A DNA stretch of 32,000 bases from positions 810,001 through 842,000 of the forward strand of contig NZ_CP021983.2 of the NCBI RefSeq assembly GCF_002075285.3, read 5' to 3'. The DNA is from Halomicronema hongdechloris C2206. Its GTDB lineage: Bacteria; Cyanobacteriota; Cyanobacteriia; Phormidesmidales; Phormidesmidaceae. Positions 25,423 through 32,000 of the stretch are shown piece after piece (positions within the stretch are counted from its first letter, which is position 1; every line of letters begins with the position of its first letter). Below the pieces are notes generated by a model. It ran no database searches, had not been told where the DNA came from, and saw nothing but the letters and a program-made list of their open reading frames with translations. Position numbers and translations under genes: made by a program.

Positions 25423-26651
25423 CAGGGCTATTTCATTCTAAAAATGGCCTTGAGGGTATCTAGACCAAACTTGCAGAGTCGTTCAGCCTGAGCCATATTG
25501 GCGAACTCGTTGGAGCGATAGAGGTTGAGCGCGAAGTTTCGAGCGACGGCGAAGATTTGCGGCAACTGGTGCATACGAATGCGCGAAGCATCTTCTCCCT
25601 GGGTCACATCCCGGATATGATGTACCTTATTTTCAACGCCCCAATAGCCCCGAATGCGCCGAGCCAAGGATTCCGCTGATTCTAAAAACGAGGCGACATA
25701 GTAGCGGGTCTCAGTTTCTAAGTGAGGCTGCCCGCCCTTCTTGAAGTGTCGCTCACTCTCCACTCGAATGAGCGTCTTCAGCCCTGGCCAGGGCTTGATG
25801 TTATCGAGGGTGGTGCATAGGCTAACGACCCGCTTCTCCAGTCGCCCATGCCCTTTACTGACCTCGGTGTAGCTGTCCTCAGCGATAAAGTTGGCCTGAA
25901 CGCTTTTGTGCAAGTTACCCTGATTGCCTTTGAGGGCACCCAAGTAATGATTGTCGGTGTCAAGGATGAGCTGACAGTTTTTTTGGGTGCTAATCGCATC
26001 AAAGGCTATCACCACCCCCTTCAGCGCCAGTTGCTTAATGAACTCGGGCAGGGCTTTGATTTCGTTGGTCTTGTGCTCTACCTGATAGGGCTCCAGAATC
26101 AACCCCCGCTCCACCAGATAAGCACTGACCAATAGAATGGCGGGATGAGGGGGAGAGTCAGGATTGTCAGTCTCCAGTTGATACGACCCGCGTAAGACTT
26201 TGCCATCCACCGCTAAGGTTTCACCGGCTAACGGTTCAATGCCAAAGAACCGAGCCAAGGCCGCCGAATACTGTCCATAGTCTAGCTTTAGCAGCACCCG
26301 GCGAATCGTGCTGTAGGAGGGAAGACGGCCCTTGGGCGGGTTGAAGAGGTCAATCAACTCGCTGCGGTAGCTTTTGAGCCAGTCGCCAATGGCCAGAAAT
26401 CCACGATTACCGGCCGTCACCGCCAGGGTGAAGAGCGCCAGGCATAAGGCCATCTGATGTCGTTTGCCAGAGGCCTGACGGACATCTGGCAGGGCAACGA
26501 AGGCTTCGAGGATCTCGATGCGCTCTACAGCAGGCTCATGCCTCGAGTCGAGGGTAGTAGGGGTAGGGGGCAGACGCATAGACGCTAGGACCATTGGGAT
26601 TAGCCTGAAACTCTAGCATCTTTAGGTCCCCTTGAGAATGAAATGGCCCTG
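25423..26651 (-). mobile_element. ISAs1-family insertion sequence (1229 bp)
   Basis: Termini CAGGGCTATTTCATTCT and the reverse complement CAGGGCCATTTCATTCT. A 9-bp target duplication GGAAGACGG lies at 25414..25422 and 26652..26660. Confidence 0.85.
25428..26594 (-). CDS. ISAs1-family transposase
   Basis: LPDVRQASGKRH, AVDGKVLRGS, HKTNEIKALPEF, AFDAISTQKN, GALKGNQGNL, GHGRLEKR, YWGVENKVHHIRDVTQGEDASR. Confidence 0.85.
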   Translation of the reverse strand: MVLASMRLPPTPTTLDSRHEPAVERIEILEAFVALPDVRQASGKRHQMALCLALFTLAVTAGNRGFLAIGDWLKSYRSELIDLFNPPKGRLPSYSTIRRVLLKLDYGQYSAALARFFGIEPLAGETLAVDGKVLRGSYQLETDNPDSPPHPAILLVSAYLVERGLILEPYQVEHKTNEIKALPEFIKQLALKGVVIAFDAISTQKNCQLILDTDNHYLGALKGNQGNLHKSVQANFIAEDSYTEVSKGHGRLEKRVVSLCTTLDNIKPWPGLKTLIRVESERHFKKGGQPHLETETRYYVASFLESAESLARRIRGYWGVENKVHHIRDVTQGEDASRIRMHQLPQIFAVARNFALNLYRSNEFANMAQAERLCKFGLDTLKAIFRMK

Positions 26652-26660
26652 GGAAGACGG

Positions 26661-26910
26661 ACGTTCTGGCATGGCGGATGATCTCGTTATACAGCGAGCA
26701 ACTGAGCTAGAGCGTATTGTCTTCTCTCAGGACCGAGATTTTTTAGTCGAAGCAAAACGGTGTCAAGAAGATGGCATCCGTTTCTCTGGAGTTGTCTATG
26801 GTCATCAACTTATGGTTCAGATCGGAGAATGTATCCGAGATTTAGAGTTAATCGCAACGTTAGGAGAACCGCAGGAATTTGAAAATAGAGTTCAATTTCT
26901 GCCGTTTTAG
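26661..26910 (+). pseudogene. DUF5615 gene, 3' part
   Basis: See 25325..25422. Confidence 0.8.
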
Positions 26911-26929
26911 TGTTAACTAGCTGAAGGAA

Positions 26930-26957
26930 TTAATTCGGCATAGATGACGGCTCAAAG
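26930..26957 (+). repeat. second copy of the junction between a CRISPR-repeat fragment and ATGACGGCTCAAAG
   Basis: TTAATTCGGCATAGATGACGGCTCAAAG compared with 22551..22578 TTAATTCGGAATAGATGACGGCTCAAAG. Confidence 0.65.
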
Positions 26958-27104
26958 TAGGTAGGGTGGGCAAAATCAGGATAGATAACCCTCGCTGGTG
27001 CCTGTAAGCTTTGTTTGCCCACCAATTTTTTCAGCGGTGGGCATTGTAGTTTGAGTGTGGGTTAGCAAAGATTTCGGACAAGATAATGCCCACCCTACGA
27101 GCTC
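26957..27104. mobile_element. 148-bp MITE, copy B
   Basis: GTAGGTAGGGTGGGCAAAATCAGG...GATAATGCCCACCCTACGAGCTC, with an internal hairpin GCCCACC-N12-GGTGGGC. Confidence 0.8.
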
Positions 27105-27108
27105 TTCC

Positions 27109-28410
27109 CCTGACTGCCTGACACATCTTTTACTCTAGTCGGCAGGATAGAGAGCGGATGCGAGAGAACCAGATTTGGTCGTAATAGTCGTGCTCCGCTT
27201 TTTTGGAGGCAAAACAAGGCTCTGGGTCACGGACTAACAGCGCTATCGGCTCTAGAAGCTGTCGTCCTTTGTGAACGACTCCCTTAAGCCAGCGCAATCC
27301 AATCTTGAGGTAGCTGAGTCCGCGCCGCCAATGAGGGTCTACCTGCTGCCTAAGGCCTTCAATCTGAACCGCCATGCCAGTGGTTGTTCCATAAAGCAGT
27401 GCAATAGCGGCCACTAGATAAAGTCGCTCAAGGGCTACCGCTGAGCGGATTCGGGAGTCTTCAATCTCGAAAGCTCCTGATTTGCTATCCAAAAACAGCT
27501 CCTCTACTCTGAAACGCAACGCGTAGCGCCAGAGCGTCTGCAAGGTAGGCGGTTCATCGGTGATGACGGCCCAAGGCTCTTTGACGCCTTTAAGCGTCGC
27601 CAGCACGATGTTGCACTGGTGGGAGCCATCCTGCCACAGCCTGACATTTCGATAGAAAATCGCCTCGCCTTTTGGCGGCCACAGATATCTCACTTCAGTC
27701 GGATAACGCCTTGGCCCGTGCAGCAGGACATCGCAGGGCACTCGCAAGCAGTAGTGCCAACTGCTCGCTTGCAACCAACTCATCAAGTCGTGGTTGGCAA
27801 AGCCTCGGTCGGCCAGCAGCATTAGGTTCGGGTACTGCCTCAAAAGCCACCGGGCACGGCGCAGCAAAGGGCGGTATTCTTCAAAAGCCACCGTTGCACT
27901 GCCATGCTCAAGCACTCGCCACAGTAGCGGGACTGCTCGTCCGCAGCACACCACTGACAGGTGAATCATGCAGTATTGGTTCCACAGCACCGTTGTATCG
28001 AGTGCCAGATACAGCCGCTTGCCCTCCCACTGCCTCAGCGTCAGCAGCACCAGCGGTAGGTAGAGCTGATTTATCTCAACGAGCCGGTTGCCGAAAAATC
28101 GATGCCACCGCCGCTCGAAGCTTTGCGCTTTGTTGGCACGGCTTATCACGTAGGACTCCCAAGCAGGTGGGCTCAGCTCACCACTACAAATCAGGGCGGT
28201 GACCATCCAAGATAGGGCTTTGATATGGCGCAAGTCCCGGTAGTGGCTGTATTGACGCAGATAGTGCAGCAGTTGATCATAGAGCTGGGTAGAGCTTGGC
28301 ATGTCGCTTTGGCCGTCAGTGTGGTAACTACAGCCTCGCACACGAGCTCTGCCTATTTCCTCTTTGTCCTGATATGACTACCTTTCAGCTACTTCTGTCA
28401 GGCACTCAGG
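27109..28410 (-). mobile_element. IS4-family (IS701-like) insertion sequence (1302 bp)
   Basis: Termini CCTGACTGCCTGACA and the reverse complement CCTGAGTGCCTGACA. A 7-bp target duplication CTCTTCC lies at 27102..27108 and 28411..28417. Confidence 0.8.
27130..28302 (-). CDS. IS4-family DDE transposase
   Basis: LYLALDTT, LLADRGF and RFRVEELFLDSKSG give the D, D and E/K signature spacing. I use the ATG at 28302; the listed ORF starts at a GTG at 28341. Confidence 0.8.
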   Translation of the reverse strand: MPSSTQLYDQLLHYLRQYSHYRDLRHIKALSWMVTALICSGELSPPAWESYVISRANKAQSFERRWHRFFGNRLVEINQLYLPLVLLTLRQWEGKRLYLALDTTVLWNQYCMIHLSVVCCGRAVPLLWRVLEHGSATVAFEEYRPLLRRARWLLRQYPNLMLLADRGFANHDLMSWLQASSWHYCLRVPCDVLLHGPRRYPTEVRYLWPPKGEAIFYRNVRLWQDGSHQCNIVLATLKGVKEPWAVITDEPPTLQTLWRYALRFRVEELFLDSKSGAFEIEDSRIRSAVALERLYLVAAIALLYGTTTGMAVQIEGLRQQVDPHWRRGLSYLKIGLRWLKGVVHKGRQLLEPIALLVRDPEPCFASKKAEHDYYDQIWFSRIRSLSCRLE

Positions 28411-28444
28411 CTCTTCCCTCTTCCGTCCTTCGAAGTTTGAGAGA

Positions 28445-28592
28445 GTAGGTAGGGTGGGCAAAATCAGGATAGATAACCCTCGCTGGTGCCTGTAAGCTTT
28501 GTTTGCCCACCAATTTTTTCAGCGGTGGGCATTGTAGTTTGAGTGTGGGTTAGCAAAGATTTCGGACAAGATAATGCCCACCCTACGAGCTC
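28445..28592. mobile_element. 148-bp MITE, copy C
   Basis: Nearly identical to copy B. Confidence 0.8.
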
Positions 28593-28680
28593 ACTTCTCA
28601 ACCAACCCTTCGACTGCGTTGCCCCTGCGGGGCCGCTACGCGAACAGGACAAGATTCCTCCCTCTTCCGTCTTCCCTCTT

Positions 28681-28714
28681 CCGAGGGTTGGGTTAATGCG
28701 TAACGACTGGAAAT
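28681..28714 (+). repeat. degenerate CRISPR-repeat-like sequence
   Basis: CCGAGGGTTGGGTTAATGCGTAACGACTGGAAAT compared with the core CCGATTGGGTTAATTCGGAATAGTTGGAAAC. TTGGGTTAAT is identical and 10 of the next 17 nt match. It is followed by the perfect palindrome GTAGGGGCGCACG-AC-CGTGCGCCCCTAC (28722..28749) and an inverted AATTCGGAATAGATGACG fragment (about 28752..28769). Confidence 0.45.
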
Positions 28715-28764
28715 GTGCATGGTAGGGGCGCACGACCGTGCGCCCCTACATCGTCATCTATTCC

Positions 28765-28852
28765 GAATTCGCCCCTTCGCATACCAGGTGGGCAAGCCAA
28801 AGATTGACCTACCTAGCTAAGGCTACCGATGACGGCCTTACCCACCCTACAA
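28765..28852. repeat. third (partial) copy of the ~90-bp GGTGGGCAAGCC/GGCTTACCCACC element
   Basis: GAATTCGCCCCTTCGCATACCAGGTGGGCAAGCCAAAGATTGACC... matches the second halves of 22580..22740 and 23511..23672. Confidence 0.75.
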
Positions 28853-28896
28853 GTCCCTTACTGTCGTCACCGGTACAGAGCTGCCCAGTGGCCACC

Positions 28897-29559
28897 TCAC
28901 AACAATCCTCGATATCGGATGAACATGAGAACGGCCGCCCATGCCCCCAACGCCACCTTAATGGCCACTAGGATATTGAGCACGGGAATCCAGCCACCGC
29001 TAACCAGGGCACCCAGATCCCCTTGGGGCAGCTCTATCCCCACCAGCGTCAAGGCTGCCACCACAATGAAAATCAGCACCGACACCTTTTCCCAGGTAGC
29101 GGCTCGCCACCGCTGGTAAATCGCTTCCATCCACTTGGTCGACGAGGTAATGGCAATCAAGCCAATGGCCGTTCCGCCCGCGACTCCGGCAGCAAAACCA
29201 CCCCCAGGGCTGAGATGCCCACGAATGGCCAGTTCAATACCGATGAGGGCGGCGATGGTAGCGCCCAATCGGGCCAGTACGATGGAGGGCGTGTCGGTGA
29301 ATTGATAAATGGCACAGGACGGGGTCTCATCGGCTAGCAAAAACCGAACGCCCATGATCGCCAGCGTGAACACCACCACCTCAAAGATGGTGTCGTAGAG
29401 TCGATTCCTGAAGATGATGCCTGAAACGGTATTGGGCACCCCACTCTCTTGCACGATCGACTCGACGATGGAGAGTTCCGTAGCATCCATAGCCGGACTG
29501 GGGAAGGCCAACATTTTGATGTACAGCGCGATTCCTGCAGCCATGTAAACCCATATCAT
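28897..29559 (-). CDS. mrpB: Mrp/Mnh antiporter subunit B-like
   Basis: VPNTVSGIIFRNRLYDTIFEVVVFTLAIMG matches the MnhB N.V..I....R.yDT..E motif. The protein is polytopic and hydrophobic. Confidence 0.75.
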   Translation of the reverse strand: MIWVYMAAGIALYIKMLAFPSPAMDATELSIVESIVQESGVPNTVSGIIFRNRLYDTIFEVVVFTLAIMGVRFLLADETPSCAIYQFTDTPSIVLARLGATIAALIGIELAIRGHLSPGGGFAAGVAGGTAIGLIAITSSTKWMEAIYQRWRAATWEKVSVLIFIVVAALTLVGIELPQGDLGALVSGGWIPVLNILVAIKVALGAWAAVLMFIRYRGLL

Positions 29560-30191
29560 GGCTGTACCTCTGGGGAGTTGACCTCTCCGACACCAGTGGT
29601 GCGGCTATGGCTGTGGCCAACACTGGCAGGAGCGACATGGCTCAGACGAGCCAAGCTGGGGGATAGCTCTGCCTGCAGCAGTTCGTACAGCCGATGGACT
29701 CGGGTTTCTAGATCATAGGGGGCAGCAGTGCTGTCCCAGGGGCTCTCTAGAACTGGCACCCGGCAAATGGTGTGGACCTCTTTTGTCTTCAGAGCCGATT
29801 GCAAGGCTTGGAGATTGGGATAAGGGACGAGTTCCAGTCGCATATGGTGTCTACCTAGACAGGTGCGCAGGGTAGCCAGCAATGGCTCCCAAGCCTCACT
29901 CTCCACCGTTGGCCCTGAGTGGGAAGAGGCATCAGGGGCTAGCACTCCCAACCGCATGCTCAAAGACGAGCGCACCGCCACGGCATAGAGCGTAATGGAG
30001 AGCATAGTGCCGACGAGGGCTTCGGTTAAGGCCACATCGGCGGCACCGAAGAGGGCATACACTAGGGCCGCCACCGCCCCTAAAATGCCGCGGATGACTA
30101 ACCCGTGGTAAGGATTGGTCTGGGTGACTAACATGCCAGCGGTTAGGGGCAGCAGTAGGACAATGGCCACCATGTACATGTCTTCAGCCAT
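29556..30191 (-). CDS. DUF4040 (MrpA C-terminal / MbhD-like) membrane protein with a soluble C-terminal extension
   Basis: ILGAVAALVYALFGAADVALTEALVGTMLSITLY is the DUF4040 pattern. The ATG at 30191 overlaps the mrpG stop (ATGGCTGA). Confidence 0.65.
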   Translation of the reverse strand: MAEDMYMVAIVLLLPLTAGMLVTQTNPYHGLVIRGILGAVAALVYALFGAADVALTEALVGTMLSITLYAVAVRSSLSMRLGVLAPDASSHSGPTVESEAWEPLLATLRTCLGRHHMRLELVPYPNLQALQSALKTKEVHTICRVPVLESPWDSTAAPYDLETRVHRLYELLQAELSPSLARLSHVAPASVGHSHSRTTGVGEVNSPEVQP

Positions 30192-30462
30192 GATCACCTC
30201 CAGCGCTAGAGCAATAGGCCAACACATACCCCAGGACCGTATTCCAGATGGCCAGGGAAATCAGCGCTAACAATAACAGCGGCCATTCCCGCGGAATTTT
30301 AAGCAGTAGCCCCACCATAATTGCCATAGACCCTAACGTATCTGACACCGAGAGCGTATGGAGTTTAAATAATACGGAACGATTGCCTAATAGTGGCACA
30401 GTTCCCCAAAACCAAAAGGCGATGCCAATTCCAATCAACGCATAGCTGCAGGCATTTATCAT
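30184..30462 (-). CDS. mrpG: Mrp antiporter subunit G
   Basis: LLGNRSVLFKLHTLSVSDTLGSMAIMVGLLL matches the MnhG R.H......dTlG motif. Confidence 0.75.
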   Translation of the reverse strand: MINACSYALIGIGIAFWFWGTVPLLGNRSVLFKLHTLSVSDTLGSMAIMVGLLLKIPREWPLLLLALISLAIWNTVLGYVLAYCSSAGGDHG

Positions 30463-30728
30463 ACTTCATTCATCCGCCTAATAATATGAGCCAGTAGCAT
30501 TAAGGCCGCGTTACCAACGCTTAAAATCAAGACACCGACCACCCCAATCATCCAATCGTCGCGCAGCACAGAGACCACCAAAATCATGATGGACGTTTTG
30601 GTGGCAATACTGGCGAAGGCCAATATTTTTTGCCAGGCGTTATTATCTTGCCAGGCCTCATAAATCGGAATCATTAAGGCAATCACCATTACCGAGAGGA
30701 GCCAGTTCATCAAGTCTATTATCTCCAT
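30459..30728 (-). CDS. mrpF: Mrp antiporter subunit F
   Basis: Small three-TM protein in the conserved E-F-G order. I use the ATG at 30728; the listed start at 30764 overlaps mrpE. Confidence 0.6.
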   Translation of the reverse strand: MEIIDLMNWLLSVMVIALMIPIYEAWQDNNAWQKILAFASIATKTSIMILVVSVLRDDWMIGVVGVLILSVGNAALMLLAHIIRRMNEV

Positions 30729-30735
30729 TTTGGGA

Positions 30736-31116
30736 TTACCGTCGGCGTAGTCGATGCACCTCATACCACCCTTCCTGGTGATAATTCACGGCGATGGTTT
30801 TCGGAGTAAAGGTAATCAATAAAATATCCAGAAAAACGAGACCAGGACTGCGATTTGGCCGTACTCGCTCTTGAGTAAACTCTTCGCGAGTATGAGGGAA
30901 AATCACCATCTCAATGGCTTCTATATAGGCCTTAGGAATGGCCACTAAGATGCGGCCAATAATGTGGAGCCAATCCCTAAGCACAGGGGTTGGCACGGGG
31001 TGCCTAGGCAATAATAAGGCGACACCAGTGCCAATGCCAATATTGGCTAAGCTGATATCGGATGTTAACAGCAGCCAAATGGTCAACCGTAATATCAGAT
31101 CTAGACATCTAATCAT
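30736..31116 (-). CDS. mrpE: Mrp antiporter subunit E
   Basis: LITFTPKTIAVNYHQEGWYEVHRL matches the MnhE LTPGT...d.....l.vH motif. Confidence 0.75.
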   Translation of the reverse strand: MIRCLDLILRLTIWLLLTSDISLANIGIGTGVALLLPRHPVPTPVLRDWLHIIGRILVAIPKAYIEAIEMVIFPHTREEFTQERVRPNRSPGLVFLDILLITFTPKTIAVNYHQEGWYEVHRLRRR

Positions 31117-32000
31117 GCCAGCACCATCCAGAATAGGGCTATTATCACTAAGCTCATGGCTCCGATCAAATGCTCAAACTCTTCTAGCACACGCGGCAAC
31201 TTCAGCGTCGTTCTTTGCAAGACAGCACCATAGGCCAACCAACCGATAAGAATCGTGAGCAGAGGCTTGACAAGATTGGTCAGGGTGTAGACTTCGGAAT
31301 GCACAGAATTAGCAATTATCAAGCCCCCTAGCAACACAATTATTGCCATCCAGAAACCAGATTTCACTGGGGCTTTAGTCTCGTCACCATGGGGTAGAAA
31401 GATAAATTTTGCAAATAAAATCGCCGTGCCTAAGGCGGCCAAATTCATGGCAATGACCTGCCAAGATACTAAACTCTTCATGGTCAGCACCTTGGCGCCG
31501 AAGCCGGATAATAGGGGAAACCCTGAGATCGAGAGACTAGCGATGACAAGCGCTATCCAGATTGAGGTCGGGATCCTCTGTTGCTGTAGTTGCTTCAGGT
31601 TGCGATTGGGTAAATTGCCGACAGTCAGAAACAAGGCCGCCTTAACTAGGCCATGGGTCAGGGCATAAAATCCTGCCGCCGCTGGTGCCGCTAAAACAAA
31701 CCCCATTTGAGAGATGGTACTAAGGGCCAGCATGCGCTTGGTATCGCTCTCAAAGATGGCATAGCCGATTCCTAATAGTGCCGTGGCTACACCAAATAGA
31801 CGCACGATGGGGGCGATGCTGTCAACCATCAGAGCACACCGGACTAGGGGGAAGACACCGGCCTTAATCACGACGCCCGATAGTAATGCTGACACTGGCG
31901 TTGCTGATTCGGAGTGGGTCAACGGCAACCACAGCCCTGAGATAAAAATCCCGCCTTTAGTCAGCAGCCCCAGCATGATGAGGGCAGTGGCTTCGGTGGG
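31113..32000 (-). CDS. mrpD: Mrp subunit D / NuoN-like proton-conducting membrane subunit (5' end outside the window)
   Basis: GLWLPLTHSESATPVSALLSGVVIKAGVFPLVR and STISQMGFVL are ND2/ND4/MnhD family motifs. The frame remains open to position 32000. Confidence 0.8.
   Translation of the reverse strand, partial: PTEATALIMLGLLTKGGIFISGLWLPLTHSESATPVSALLSGVVIKAGVFPLVRCALMVDSIAPIVRLFGVATALLGIGYAIFESDTKRMLALSTISQMGFVLAAPAAAGFYALTHGLVKAALFLTVGNLPNRNLKQLQQQRIPTSIWIALVIASLSISGFPLLSGFGAKVLTMKSLVSWQVIAMNLAALGTAILFAKFIFLPHGDETKAPVKSGFWMAIIVLLGGLIIANSVHSEVYTLTNLVKPLLTILIGWLAYGAVLQRTTLKLPRVLEEFEHLIGAMSLVIIALFWMVLA

Noticed and set aside
28681-28714. Evidence for a second, different CRISPR array
   Set aside because: There is only a single degenerate repeat-like unit with no periodic partners. 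I kept it as an orphan or degenerate repeat.
28464-29119. ORFs of 89, 60, 77 and 96 aa between the IS4 element and mrpB
   Set aside because: They span MITE copy C, palindromes and repeat fragments, or are antisense to mrpB.
1-32000. tRNA, rRNA or tmRNA genes
   Set aside because: I did not recognise any cloverleaf-type or rRNA-like sequence by eye. This is a weak negative without a covariance-model scan.

Overview
Cyanobacterial-looking chromosomal segment, judged from HIP1 GCGATCGC palindromes (e.g. 5748..5755, 7230..7237), a Uma2 gene, a DUF433/DUF5615 pair, and ISKra4-, IS5-, ISAs1- and IS4-type elements. The core is a type III-B-like CRISPR-Cas locus in two parts. (1) A minus-strand effector operon (11074..4401): cas10 (no HD domain, GGDD intact), cmr3, cmr4, a cmr5-like gene and a cmr6/cmr1 fusion. 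It is followed 28 nt later by an AT-rich, compositionally foreign STAND/NB-ARC-like P-loop NTPase with a C-terminal death-like adaptor domain. That gene is split by an IS and can be rebuilt in frame to 660 aa. (2) A plus-strand adaptation module, cas1-cas2 (14592..15871), with a ~200-nt leader and a 78-repeat CRISPR array (16074..22012). I recognise no cas6 and no CARF/SAVED-type effector in the window. The effector operon is bracketed by a ~70-bp imperfect inverted repeat (599..669 and 11301..11371). Downstream of the array (22.0-28.9 kb) is a nest of MITEs and three further ISs. These split a DUF433/DUF5615 gene pair and scatter fragments of the CRISPR repeat. The right end (28897..32000) is an ordinary mrp (multisubunit cation/H+ antiporter) operon. 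All family calls come from motif recognition by eye; no searches were run.
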